Shown one piece after another: positions 20,893 to 32,317 of a DNA stretch of 64,000 nucleotides; position 1 is the stretch's first letter; the number at the start of each line of letters is the position of its first letter. A program made the translations under genes and the position numbers. The stretch lies in contig CM059431.1 of the NCBI GenBank assembly GCA_030390025.1, positions 117,244,001 to 117,308,000 on the forward strand, read 5' to 3'. The notes beneath the pieces were generated by a model. The model was given only the letters and a program-made list of their open reading frames with translations. It searched no databases and was not told the DNA's origin. Origin of the DNA: Squalus acanthias (Eukaryota).

Positions 20893-21331
20893 GATGCGAA
20901 TAACTCCGCTTATCGTATCAAAAATCATAGTGGTGAGCAATATTATCTTGATTTCTCTCCGAATCCAGTAAATTAATCCCATAATTTTAACTTAGCTAGG
21001 GTCTCTGTGTCGTCCTCATTTCCCAAGAAAATTACATTTTATATCACCGTAGGCATTATTTGCCCTTAAACTTACACCACTTGTTTTCCTTCCCGGCGTA
21101 ACCAGGCCGATGCCTCTCGTATCACCTGTATATTCATCTTTTATTCAGGGAAAGGAGAAACAGAACCCAAAACCAAACAATCATTTTTAACTGTAACACC
21201 ATCACCAAAATAAATCAACACCAACTCTTAAAACATGTCGAGTTCCCAACGTATTTACAATCTCTGAAAATCTTATATGAGTACAGGCTTCCGCGGCGCA
21301 CGCGGCGAGCGGGAGTGACGCCATTTTCCGA

Positions 21332-23683
21332 TTACACGGTGCTCTCATCGTGCACGCGCACGTAACGTTCTCGCCACTCTCCCGTGTTTTCATGCTTGGT
21401 GAGGCGTTTGTCTCTTTTACAATGTACAACCAATAGGTACACTACAATGAAAACTTGGCATACGACTAAAATGTGGGAGGCTATTCTGATCCATGAAGGT
21501 ACTTCAATATTGGTGAACAGATTCCACCACGGTGGAACTACTATATCCAGAATGTCTGTTCCTATTTCGACAGTTTTCTGCTCTAATGTGTAAAAATGTT
21601 TCTGTGACACCGCGACGGCTTTCAAAAGCTTGGTGAGGTGTTCAGGGAGAGGGGGAATGAGGTATCCAAAATGCGCGACGAATCGCTGCAAGTCGGTGAA
21701 ATTCTCTTTTACTGTGAGATGAACAGTGGATGGTTCAGGGATTGGGATAATTCGCTGTTGTGCTACTTGAACTTCCGCCCTGGGTTTAAAACAGAAACTG
21801 CTGTCACTCACCGGACACCGGCTACGGTTTCCATGCTGGTAGTGTTGCGCTGCAGTGGTAACACAATATGTTCCACCCCCGATGTATGCTACCTGCGGAG
21901 GCACATGATCTTGTGCCATTGCCTCCATGGTGCAATTCATGGACTTGGCGCCAGCCGTTCTGAACCCGCACTGTGGTGTTAAAAAGGCATTCAAGTGCTG
22001 GGGGCACAGTATTATGTGTGCTCCCCTGCCACGACAACCAGAGAGATCTGTACCTGTCATCGTTTGCTCCCAGCGGATGACGTAAGGTGGAACCGCTGCA
22101 TAACGAATGTGGGCTCCCCCCTGAATGACACCGATGTTCTCTACCCGATATACCGGGGCGGGCTTTGCTGTGTCGCCCAAAACCGGCATACGTAAAACTA
22201 TACCCATGATGGTATGGTTTGATCGTCCGCAGTCCACGGGGACTGGGTAAGCTTCTGAAGCTAGCCTGAGCTGGCATGGACTTAATGCGTTCTGAAAAGG
22301 GTGGAGCGCCCGCAGGTGTTTGTTACTTATCCAGGACGGAACCAAACCTTGTTTTAAATCCTCCAAATTACTGCGGCCCTCGCCCAGTAACCACGCCCCG
22401 TAAAGCACGCACACCTCGTTCTGCGCAGCTTGATCGGATGCATTCCGATCTTCCCTAATCAGGGCATTTACCGTCTTTGCATGTTTCTCCAACTCTGCTA
22501 CAATTTCCTTTAAATGGAGAGTCATGGCTTGGTCCTCGTGTAGACCCGACCCTACCACTTTATTCTCATCTGTTAGAATGTCCTTTAATTGTGTCTTTAA
22601 ACCATTAATCTGGGTCTGCAGCTCCACACTGTCTAGAGCGTTGACCACAGATGTACCTGTGTTAAAAGCAGTGAACGCATCGTTCACCAAACCCCTTCTT
22701 TGCCTCCCTACTTGATCCAAAACTTCCTGTGGTGCGGTGTACAAACTTGTTTTATCAATTTCCGCGAAATCGAATTCGTAAAATTGTCTGAACATCTTGG
22801 TCAACAGGACCTGGTACAACTGTTCCGTCTTTTTGGGGCACCACTCTGGTAACCGCACCTCAGTGAGATTTAAAATCACCGAGGCCACCGCGTAATGTAC
22901 CCCCTGAAATAGTATCTGGTCTGTGGGGACCAGTACCAAACCATTCCCGGGTCCCTTACTAGTTTTAGGGCACCCTTCTTCCTCAGCTAGAACCACCGGA
23001 ATCGTGGGCGGGGCTTTGCGTGGGCGCGTAATGAGCTCAGTGGCATTTACTGGGATCGGGGAGAATGGGGCTCCGCACCCCCTGGTGCTCGCATCCCACC
23101 TCATCCCCTGTCCGTTATCCTGCCATTGATTAATAAAAAATATGGAGATGCCTTTGGGGCAAACGTACTTTGACCCCCACATACATACATAAATTCCCTC
23201 ATCCGGTTCCCACCATTTGTCCCAACAGACTTTCACTTGTCCGTCTGTCCCCGTAATTGTCCGATGGGTATTATTACCCAGTCGTTCCCACTCGACCGAA
23301 GAGTTCCTCATAGTTTTGCTCAGCTTTCGCAGCCACCACCATCGGCTCAATGGGACCTTCCCACTACAAGTCAAACAAATCCGTTTGCCGACGGTGACGC
23401 TGATCCTGGGTGCGATGATCCTTACTTTGGGGCACAGTAAAGAAGTCTCTTTGTAGGCAAACCCCGATGTGCTGGAATACTCCGTTGAGTTCGTTCCCAG
23501 CCATCCTGGCCACCTTCCCTTGTGAAAATAGGTGCTGGTCTCCTCTGCCTCCCGTCTTCCGGTCCCATCCACCGCGATGGGGGCCGTGTCCCCGGAACAT
23601 CCAAACACCACGACATCCTTGGTGCGGCCTCGATAGGCCAATCCACATCCGATTGCCACGAGCAATACTAGAATTCGTTCCAT
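21332..23683 (-). CDS. env: Envelope glycoprotein, copy 2
   Basis: Translation identical to copy 1. Confidence 0.88.
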   Translation of the reverse strand: MERILVLLVAIGCGLAYRGRTKDVVVFGCSGDTAPIAVDGTGRREAEETSTYFHKGRWPGWLGTNSTEYSSTSGFAYKETSLLCPKVRIIAPRISVTVGKRICLTCSGKVPLSRWWWLRKLSKTMRNSSVEWERLGNNTHRTITGTDGQVKVCWDKWWEPDEGIYVCMWGSKYVCPKGISIFFINQWQDNGQGMRWDASTRGCGAPFSPIPVNATELITRPRKAPPTIPVVLAEEEGCPKTSKGPGNGLVLVPTDQILFQGVHYAVASVILNLTEVRLPEWCPKKTEQLYQVLLTKMFRQFYEFDFAEIDKTSLYTAPQEVLDQVGRQRRGLVNDAFTAFNTGTSVVNALDSVELQTQINGLKTQLKDILTDENKVVGSGLHEDQAMTLHLKEIVAELEKHAKTVNALIREDRNASDQAAQNEVCVLYGAWLLGEGRSNLEDLKQGLVPSWISNKHLRALHPFQNALSPCQLRLASEAYPVPVDCGRSNHTIMGIVLRMPVLGDTAKPAPVYRVENIGVIQGGAHIRYAAVPPYVIRWEQTMTGTDLSGCRGRGAHIILCPQHLNAFLTPQCGFRTAGAKSMNCTMEAMAQDHVPPQVAYIGGGTYCVTTAAQHYQHGNRSRCPVSDSSFCFKPRAEVQVAQQRIIPIPEPSTVHLTVKENFTDLQRFVAHFGYLIPPLPEHLTKLLKAVAVSQKHFYTLEQKTVEIGTDILDIVVPPWWNLFTNIEVPSWIRIASHILVVCQVFIVVYLLVVHCKRDKRLTKHENTGEWRERYVRVHDESTV

Positions 23684-23969
23684 CTTTCCTTGGTTCCTGT
23701 GATCAGATAGAATGAGGTAGCCAGCCTCGCAAGAGTCTCTGGCTTTTGTGAAGGGTGAGCGGGTCCCCTGACCTCGCCTCACGTAAACTTCAACGTTCGC
23801 TGAATAAACTTTCACTAAACCTATCTTTAAAACTCCCATCATTTTATCGTTTTCTGTTAAAAACACTACAAACTTAACCTTATTAAAGCTATAAACTTAA
23901 CCTTGAAATATTAACTTAAAACTTATTACTACTTACTATACAGTGCCGCCCGTTCTCAGGGCGGCCCCT

Positions 23970-25130
23970 TTAAATTCTGAGAAGGCTGCTGCGAGCTCTT
24001 CCCGACGGTGGGAGGGCACTGACCCTTCCCTCTGATCTGCCGCAGCCTGTTACTGCGCTGACCCTTCCCTCTGATCTGCCGCAGCCTGTTACTGCTGCGA
24101 TGTGGCCGGTCTGTACCTGGGTTATCTTAACCTTAAATTTTCGCCTTGGGACAGTCTGGGGACATGACCACATCCTCCTGGGCTGGGGTTCTCTACTTGA
24201 CCTACGGGGAGTTGCTGTGGGCGGGGGTTCCGTGACGGACGGACCGGGTTCCGAGACCTCCATCGGGATGACCTGGGGTTCCATCACAGTCGCCGGCTCC
24301 GCCTCCGCTGACTCCGCCTCCCTAACCTCGGGGCTGGCAGTTCGTGGCTCCGCCCTGCTCGGCCCAGCAGGCGGCCCTTCACTCGTGATCTCTGCCTCCC
24401 CTGAGGACTGGACGTTCAAAGCGGGCGGCCACATCTCTGGGAGCCACACCGGTACTCTCTGTGCTCCCATAGCGGCTGGCCCTGCCTCCTCTAGCTCCTC
24501 CCTCCTGTCTTCGGGACCTGCAGCTCGTGTGTCCACCCTGTGTGGATCTCTACCTGCAGCCCCCGTCCCCTCCATATCGTAAAAGGGACCGTTCCTCCGA
24601 AACCACCCGTCGTCATCACTATCCTCATCTGCACTATCCTCATCTGACCCGGGTACCCTGAATTCTTCCTCATCTAACCCCCAATTCCAGAAAAACGCTG
24701 CATGATCGTCCGGGATGTCCCTTCCTCTGATGCAAGCTGCTATGCCTGCCTGTGTGCCTTGTGGTCCTACCTGGGGCTGTGCTTTCCCACTGGCGGGATT
24801 TACCCCTGTGATTTTCCCTTGCGCACCTGGCTTGTACAGTTTGCACTGGTTTGCATCCTCATACTCCCGGCTTTTGGCTACCCTGTAGGCTGCTTTTATC
24901 TCACTAAGCTGCGCTTCTAGCCTGAGCACGTCTAACTTTCCCATTGCTCGGGCGTTCTCCTCCCGCAGGGCCTGCTCTCTAAGCTGCCCTTCCAGCCCAT
25001 CTATTTTCCCTATTAAGCGGGCGTTCTCCTCCCGCAAGGCCTGCTCTTTTAACCTGGCCTCCTCACCGCAGACCCCCTCCTGTGCGTGTCTTTTAAAAGG
25101 ACACAGGTAGGCAGGCTGCGTGGGCTCTAG
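23970..25130 (-). CDS. ORF2 (gag-readthrough extension), copy 2
   Basis: Identical to copy 1; TGA-CTAG junction at 25127-25133. Confidence 0.75.
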   Translation of the reverse strand, partial: LEPTQPAYLCPFKRHAQEGVCGEEARLKEQALREENARLIGKIDGLEGQLREQALREENARAMGKLDVLRLEAQLSEIKAAYRVAKSREYEDANQCKLYKPGAQGKITGVNPASGKAQPQVGPQGTQAGIAACIRGRDIPDDHAAFFWNWGLDEEEFRVPGSDEDSADEDSDDDGWFRRNGPFYDMEGTGAAGRDPHRVDTRAAGPEDRREELEEAGPAAMGAQRVPVWLPEMWPPALNVQSSGEAEITSEGPPAGPSRAEPRTASPEVREAESAEAEPATVMEPQVIPMEVSEPGPSVTEPPPTATPRRSSREPQPRRMWSCPQTVPRRKFKVKITQVQTGHIAAVTGCGRSEGRVSAVTGCGRSEGRVSALPPSGRARSSLLRI

Positions 25131-26942
25131 TCATTGGGTACTATTAGACGGTCCTGCGGCACCTACGGGGCCGGTTGCGACCGCCACCTGTCCACGCGCA
25201 TTCAAGACCAGCTTGCGCATGGCTCCTAACACTGCTTCGAGGTCGTCGGGAGGGGTGGGTGCCTTGGCTTCCTTAGCCGGGACAGGCGCCTGGGCTCGGA
25301 CCGCGGGATTTTTATCCTTGGAATCCTTCCAAGGGTTCCTGCAATGCTTGCGCCAGTGCCCTGTCTTCCCACACCCGTAACAAGCATTACTTGCCTGTGG
25401 GGCGCGATTACCCTCTTGATGCCACTCTCTTTGATACGGGGCTGCGGGTCGTACCTCATGTACTCTTCCCTTAAGGGGACGTGTTGCCATACCCCTTATA
25501 TTGCGATAACCTAACGTGAGTCGATTCAAGATCGACTCTTCCGTAATGTTGGGGTCATTGGGATCAAACCATGCTTTTGCCTGCTCTCTGACGGCTGGTA
25601 AACTGTTGGCTATTATGCACCTAAGCCAATGAGTTAAAGCTAAACCTTCCACATCTTCGCGCTCGGGCGCACCTAGACAGCTGCGCTCATATACTGGCCA
25701 CAGCCTGTCGGCAAAAACCTTCGGGGGTTCTCCCTCCATCTGCACTGTCTGTCCCACTCTAGCAAACGGACCTTCGTCGTTCGCCCCCAACACTTCCAGG
25801 ACCTCATTCTTTAATTCCTCATAACTCTTGGTTCCCCTCTTGCTCTCGCCTGAGAGACACTGAAGGACCGAGCTGTCTAATGAGAACAGCAGCATTTTTG
25901 CTGTCTCCCCATCATCGCAGCCGTTAATGGCTGCGGCTTGCTCAACTTCTCTGAAATGTACGGAAGGGTCGTCTGCCTCGGTCAGCTTCCGTACGTGATT
26001 TATCATAGCTCTCAGCTGATGTGAACTGTGAGGCAACACCAGCTGTCCGAGGAGATCCCCCGGTTCTTCCCCACCGTTTCTGCTTGGGCCCCTTTTAATA
26101 CCCGTTACTGGATATAACGATCCCTTTCCTACTTCTTTTTCAATGGGCTCTTTTGTTTCTTCCATTGCTTCCTCCCTAACCCAGGTTTCTGAATAGCTGG
26201 GTGGCACGGAGGGCGCAGTGACTACTACTCCTTCTGCTTTACTTGGTGGGGATTTTCTAAATCTCTCATTTACTAGCGGCTGGTGTGCCGACGGATTGAT
26301 AAGGCACACCATGCCGTTCGCATTGTTCATGGCCTTTTTGAGGTGCTCTATCTCCCTTTGGCAGGCGCTATGATCGGCTCCCTGAAACTTATCCTCAAGG
26401 GCCAACTTATATGCCGCCCTAACCCCCGTCAAGCTCTCTTCTTGAGTTCTTATCTGGGCAGCTTGGCGGTTACATCTTTCCTTTAACCTGCTCTCATTCA
26501 ATTTTGCCTCAGTGACCTGGCACTCGAGATAATCTATCCTTGTTTTAAGGTGACTGGAGACTTCCTGGCTTTCTTGGTGTAACTCATTTAAATTCTTAAT
26601 GAGCACCTCCCCTCCAGAAACCTTCTCCTCCATTTCTCCCTCTAAATGACTGATTCGAGCTACTAGCGCTGTAATGGTCTGGTTGGAAATCTGAACCTGC
26701 CTTTTGTAACACATAAGCCAGACTGCTTTCTCAAGTGTCTTTTTATGTTCTTTACTATCTGTCCACCTTTCAGCTGCCTCTAGCGGGCTTTTATCCGCTA
26801 ACAATTCACTTATCCATTTCTTAGTTAGATTAACCTTTCCAAACACATAATCCGCTATCTTTTCCTGCATAACATTTCGTACAGTCATTCCAAAATCTAA
26901 CACACTACCCTCTCGCTGCCAGTGTCCTGCCGCGGTCGCCAT
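25131..26942 (-). CDS. gag: Gag polyprotein, copy 2
   Basis: Translation identical to copy 1. Confidence 0.92.
   Translation of the reverse strand: MATAAGHWQREGSVLDFGMTVRNVMQEKIADYVFGKVNLTKKWISELLADKSPLEAAERWTDSKEHKKTLEKAVWLMCYKRQVQISNQTITALVARISHLEGEMEEKVSGGEVLIKNLNELHQESQEVSSHLKTRIDYLECQVTEAKLNESRLKERCNRQAAQIRTQEESLTGVRAAYKLALEDKFQGADHSACQREIEHLKKAMNNANGMVCLINPSAHQPLVNERFRKSPPSKAEGVVVTAPSVPPSYSETWVREEAMEETKEPIEKEVGKGSLYPVTGIKRGPSRNGGEEPGDLLGQLVLPHSSHQLRAMINHVRKLTEADDPSVHFREVEQAAAINGCDDGETAKMLLFSLDSSVLQCLSGESKRGTKSYEELKNEVLEVLGANDEGPFARVGQTVQMEGEPPKVFADRLWPVYERSCLGAPEREDVEGLALTHWLRCIIANSLPAVREQAKAWFDPNDPNITEESILNRLTLGYRNIRGMATRPLKGRVHEVRPAAPYQREWHQEGNRAPQASNACYGCGKTGHWRKHCRNPWKDSKDKNPAVRAQAPVPAKEAKAPTPPDDLEAVLGAMRKLVLNARGQVAVATGPVGAAGPSNSTQ
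26924..26941 (-). promoter_or_regulatory. Primer binding site, copy 2
   Basis: gtcctgccgcggtcgcca on the + strand. Confidence 0.85.
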
Positions 26943-26946
26943 TTTC

Positions 26947-28637
26947 TGTAAGGGATTCTGACCCTGCGTGTCTCGCAGCCTGTGAGATTCACGCGGCTCT
27001 GTGCAGCCTGTATGTCAGTGCGGGTCTAGGCCTTGTTGCCTGTTCTGGTCTCCAGCCAGTCTGGGAACACTAGACACACCTGTGAGTGGTTCGAATCACT
27101 CTCCCTTACGGTTCTAGACACTGGACTTAGATGCGAGAGCAGTAATGGAGATGAAACTCATGTAGACTTGGTTTGAATGGTACGAAATGGAAAATCTTTA
27201 TTGCATGATACTTAAGATTATGAAATACATGTCATAAGCACAGATTAATGACAGTACAATCTTACAAACAGTTATATAGTCGATCTTAGGGAAACGAGGA
27301 ACGAACGGCACAAAGTAAATAGGGGCACACATTACAAATATCCTTAATCCTTAAACCTCCCCTATCAATATCTATCCTAAAACTAGATTCGTAGGATTTC
27401 GAGACTCATGCTCACCACTCGTGATAACTCGGAGAAATTCCGAATAGCTGATCGGATGTTTTTCACCGCAGCACCCACGTGTCGGTCAGGAGATCTCCTG
27501 GTCCCACTTGTTTACTTGCTTTTACTGCTCCGGCTAGCAGGCTGGAACGTCTGCTGTGATGAAGACCTGTGTTGGTTGGTTTAACAGGTACTCTTCGAGC
27601 ACAGTTGTCGATATCGTCGATACGATATGGCTTTCACATTCCAGTTACTTTGGGCACAGTCCAGTTATCATCGATGCAATATGTTTCGTTATAAGTTCGA
27701 AGAAGTCTTCCCAGCGAGGAAAACGTGGATAATCGACCTACAGGCGCGGTCGGGATTTACTGACCGTGGCGATGGATATGGTCTTCCTCTCTTCTCATCT
27801 CATCTCATCTCATCTCATCTCATCTCGGGCCTTTGGTTCCGCTGCCAGTTACCAACATAGGTCTTCGTTACGCGACACGAGGTAGATCCGAACGGATCAG
27901 AAAGTTCAACAGTCTTTTTCAAAGAGTCAACAGGCAAGCAGGAGCCCGACTACGAGTACACAGGAGCAGCCACGAGGTTACGAAATAAGAGCACAGGATA
28001 AGAGAAAGCTGGACGGTTTGGAGCCTGCAATTATAGTGCAAAATCTTCCGTTTTCCCGCCCAACTATAATGTCCATTCTTTTGTTTAGGGTTTGGCGCTC
28101 AAAATGTCTTGTATGGGTGATCTCCGTTCTTAATGGGTTTCGGGGCTACTCGTAAATGTCTGAGTACCTGTTAATATTTCTCCCATTGTTAAATCGGTCG
28201 GTGTTCTCCCTGGAGGGGTTTGGGGCTTCCAAGTGTCCTGTATAACTACCTGCTAACGGCTCTCTCATCGTAGAGTCGTTGGGATTTTACATATTAATGT
28301 CTTTTGGATGGGCCCTTGATTACTCGGTACAATGGCTTTCCTTTGTACCTGGGAGACCGATTTCAGTATCTATGTGTATACTGCAAACCCATAATGTCTC
28401 GTGTATTATCTTCACTGTGCTGAATCTTAATCGATCTTGCACAAATGTTTATTGGAACGCCATCTTGTCTGCCTGTTGAAAAGTCTAGAATGTTCTGTCA
28501 CAAGGTGCGGCGGCCATTTTACAGGCTGCTTGTGTCCACTTTAAACCTGCCAGCATTCTACTGAAATAAAAGCTGCTTGAACGAAACTCTGTGTTTTCTC
28601 CTTATTAATAAAATCGCGATATATTGCGAATTCTACA
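26947..28637 (-). repeat. LTR 3 (5' LTR of the array), 1691 bp
   Basis: Same termini; differs from LTR 1 and LTR 2 at 28502 (A vs G) and 28576 (C vs T). Confidence 0.95.
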
Positions 28638-28924
28638 TATATTTATATTAAAGAGTAACTAAACCTAGCACTAAGTTTTACTAAAATGTTACTCAAGCTA
28701 TTTTCCATTGTTTACTCTTCTAAAACAAGAAAGACAACAAATATTGCACCTTTTTAAAGTAATAAAATGTTCCAAAGCACTTCACAGAGGTAAAAACGGA
28801 TACTGAGCAGTGCTGTGAGAGAAACTTTCGGAGTTCTGACTGAAGGTATGTTCAAAGGGATAGAATTGAGAAGGCTTTTGATGAGAAGAGAGGTAGCAAG
28901 GGTTAAGACTTTGGGGGTCTGATG

Positions 28925-29300
28925 TTACAGTTTTTGGCCTAGAAATGGTCTGTGCAGCACCTGGTTTTCAGGTGCTACTTGTACTACACACATCCAGCTA
29001 GAAGTGGGCCACCAGCAATATTGGATAAGGACAAAATATAGGTGTCTTTTACCCACACCTGAAGCAGGTGTTAGACCCTTTGCATATGCGAATAAAGGGC
29101 CTAATACCTGTCTGAGGTCCCCTCTCCAAGATTGGTTTGCCCTGAAGCAGACAAAAGCAGCGTTGGCTGCACTCGGGGAAACCAATCCTAGGGATCGCCT
29201 GCTAGGCCCAATCGAGAAGATAAGTAACTTGCCTGAATGTAGAGCCAGGAGGAACAGGAGTGATCCTCTCAAACCTAGGTTAAATGAACAGATTGCCCAC
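28925..29300 (+). repeat. Unclassified interspersed repeat; related copy at about 38040-38280
   Basis: Shared blocks ttgcatatgc...cctctccaagattggtttgccctgaag versus cctctgcaatattggtttgccttgagg. Confidence 0.5.
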
Positions 29301-30650
29301 TGCCGGTCCAGACCCCTGATTTCCCCCACTCTCAGTGCAGACCCCTGATCTCCCCCGATCCCGGTCCAGACCCCTGATCTCCCCCGCTCCCGGTCCAAAC
29401 CCCCTGGTCTCCCCCGCTCCCGGTCCAGACCCCCTGGTCTCCCTCGCTCCCGGTCCAGACCCCCTGGTCTCCCCCGCTCCCGGTCCAGACCCCCTGGTCT
29501 CCCCCGCTCCCGGTCCAGACCCCCTGGTCTCCCCCGCTCCCGGTCCAGACCCCCTGGTCTCCCCCGCTCCCGGTCCAGACCCCCTGGTCTCCCCCGCTCC
29601 CGGTCCAGACCCCCTGGTCTCCCCCGCTCCCGGTCCAGACCCCCTGGTCTCCCCCGCTCCCGGTCCAGACCCCCTGGTCTCCCCCGCTCCCGGTCCAGAC
29701 CCCCTGGTCTCCCCCGCTCCCGGTCCAGACCCCCTGGTCTCCCCCGCTCCCGGTCCAGACCCCCTGGTCTCCCCCGCTCCCGGTCCAGACCCCCTGGTCT
29801 CCCCCGCTCCCGGTCCAGACCCCCTGGTCTCCCCCGCTCCCGGTCCAGACCCCCTGGTCTCCCCCGCTCCCGGTCCAGACCCCCTGGTCTCCCCCGCTCC
29901 CGGTCCAGACCCCCTGGTCTCCCCCGCTCCCGGTCCAGACCCCCTGGTCTCCCCCGCTCCCGGTCCAGACCCCCTGGTCTCCCCCGCTCCCGGTCCAGAC
30001 CCCCTGGTCTCCCCCGCTCCCGGTCCAGACCCCCTGGTCTCCCCCGCTCCCGGTCCAGACCCCCCGGTCTCCCCCGCTCCCGGTCCAGACCCCCTGGTCT
30101 CCCCCGGTCCAGACCCCCTGGTCACCCCCGCTCTCCCCGGCTCCCGGTCCAGACCCCCGGTCTCCCCCGCTCCCGGTCCAGACCCCCGGTCACCCCCGCT
30201 CCCGGTCCAGACCGCCTGGTCACCCCCGCTCCCGCTCCAGACACCCCGGTCACCCCTGCTCCCGGTCCAGACCCCCGGCCCCCCCCGCTCCCGGTCCAGA
30301 CCCCCTGGTCACCCCCGCTCCCGGTCCAGGCCCCCTGGTCACCCCCAAACCCGGTCCAGACCCCCTGGTCACCCCCGCTCCCGGTCCAGACCCCCTGGTC
30401 ACCCCCACTCCCGGTCCAGACCACCGGTCACCCCTGGTCTCCCCCGCTCCCGGTCCAGACCCCCGGTCTCCCCCGCTCCCGGTCCAGACCCCCCGGTCTC
30501 CCCCGCTCCCGGTCCAGACCCCCCTGATCTCCCCCGCTCCCGGTCCAGAACCCCTGGTCTCTCCCGGTCCAGACCCCCTGTTCTCTCCCGCTCCCGGTCC
30601 AGACCCCCCTGATTTCCCCCACTCCCGGTCCAGACCCGTGATCTCCTTTG
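29300..30650 (+). repeat. GC-rich 30-bp minisatellite (CCCCTGGTCTCCCCCGCTCCCGGTCCAGAC)n
   Basis: More than 20 near-perfect units at about 29401-30090, with degenerate units on both sides. Confidence 0.95.
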
Positions 30651-31179
30651 CTCCCGACCCTCGATCTCCACCATTCCTGGCTCTGACCTCCAGATCTCCT
30701 CTGCTCCTGTCCCCCGACCCCTGTTCTCCTCCGCTTCCGACCCTCAATTTCTCCTGCACTCAACCCCAACCCCTGATCTCTCCTGCTCCCTGCCTCGACC
30801 CTCAATTTCTCACGATTCCCAGTCCCCGGACCCCCGAACTCCCAATTCCTGGAGCCCTGATTCCTAGCCCTGCGAGTCCCAAAGCGACCCCTAAATAAAC
30901 AGTGTGTAACCCAGGAATGGTACAGAGAACCCTTCCAACTGCTTCTTGGAATGTATCATGTGCCGCCAAGTAGTTCCCTCACTTCAGTAGGTGAAATGAA
31001 TATACACTGTATCAGAGTCAAGCTATATACCAACAGACACTTTCACATAGAACAGGTAAATGAGCAATATTCAAAGATAGAATTTTCATTCAAAATGCAA
31101 TTTTCACATTAGAATTGAGAATTTGCAACTACCAGAAATGATTGAGCAGATTATAGCTCTCTGAAAAAGAGACAATATG

Positions 31180-31545
31180 AGGAAACCTGATAAGAGGTCT
31201 TTAAAATCATGAAGGGGTTTGATCAGGTGGGTGTGGAGAAATAGTTTCCACCTGTGGGTAAATCCAGAACATGGAGACATAGATATAAGATAGCCACTGA
31301 CAGATTTCCAAATGAATTTAGGAGGAATTTGATTGCACAGAGAGCGTTGAGAATGTGGAACTCACTGCTACATGGAGTAGTTAAAGCAGAGAGCATTGAT
31401 GCATACAAGAGGGAGAAGGGAATAAATGGATTCTAGGGGCAGGATGGGAGGAAGATAATTAGAGTGGGAGGAGGCTTGTGCGGTGTATAAATGGTGGCAT
31501 AGAATAGTTGCGCCAAATGGCCTGTTTATGTGCTGTAGATTCTTT
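31180..31545 (+). mobile_element. Degenerate CR1 3' fragment
   Basis: RALRMWNSLLHGVVKAESI peptide and CR1-like 3' UTR. Confidence 0.7.
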
Positions 31546-31687
31546 GTAATTCTGAGATTTTTGCTGTCTGGCTTCTTATCATGTGATGAGGATGTGACAA
31601 CGTTAAATGTATTTATTGTCAACCTCTATGTCTTTTTTTAATTAGCAAGACCTGTGAGGGTACTTGTAAATTGATTACTACAGACTT

Positions 31688-32317
31688 GGGGGGGGGGGGG
31701 GGGGGGAAATCCAGGTGATTTGCGCCCGGGCGCCAATGCCTCCCACGAAATTCAGTGGGAGGTTAGTGGCGGCGATAAGTTAGCACCCCGTGGCGCTACG
31801 CCTCCAGCGATGATGTCATCGCCCTGCGCAGTCCCCCCGGCCGCGATCTTCGGTAGCGCCCCCTGACTTACCGCCGGACGCTATCTCCGACAGGGTCAAG
31901 GGGGCCTACCTGCGGCCGGGGCAGCGCAAATTAAAGGAGAGGTGCCGGGCAGCCATTTTTGTTGCTGGCCACCTGCCAGCACCTGCCCCTGTTGCTGTCT
32001 CTGGCCTCCTGTGAAGCCCCCCCGCAGGGTGACGGCTATGCTCCTTGAGCCCGGCACTCCTCTTGAGCGCCGGGCTCTTTTGCCGGCACTCCGATCCCTG
32101 GTGGCCCAGCTGGGCCCTGCGTCATGCTGCTGCTAGGCCCCTCCCCTTTAATTACGGGAGGAAGGCCTGCAGTACCGTCGCACATAGTGCCATGATATTC
32201 ACTCGCAGCGCCCCAAGAGGGAGGCGGGGCACTTCCAGTAGCGCCCCGCCTCCCTCTTGGGGCATGACCAGTGAATTTTGGGGGCGGGGGCGGGGCACGA
32301 CCCCATTTTGCCCCCCT
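31688..32317. mobile_element. GC/CpG-rich putative non-autonomous DNA transposon (MITE)
   Basis: Starts with a poly-G run plus GAAAT and ends ATTTTGCCCCCC; GC-rich island in AT-rich flanks; TIRs imperfect. Confidence 0.4.

Larger units (their letters stand above)
11433..28637 (-). mobile_element. Tandem endogenous LTR retroelement (LTR-gag-ORF2-env-LTR-gag-ORF2-env-LTR) lacking pol
   Basis: Three 1691-bp TG...CA repeats at 7757-bp spacing; the ORF track gives identical translations offset by 7757; PBS and PPT present at each internal junction. Confidence 0.95.

Noticed and set aside
28925..29300. Repeat next to both the provirus and the 38.3-kb LTR as a targeted integration site
   Set aside because: Relative orientation and distance differ between the two cases; probably coincidence of a common repeat.
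29401..30090. Regularly spaced 30-bp repeats as a CRISPR array
   Set aside because: The units are contiguous with no unique spacers, the context is eukaryotic and there are no cas genes.
29280..30805. Long ORFs (425 aa, 281 aa and others) with PAPGPDPLVS / GSGPGAGETR repeats
   Set aside because: They are by-products of a stop-free 30-bp minisatellite, open on both strands.
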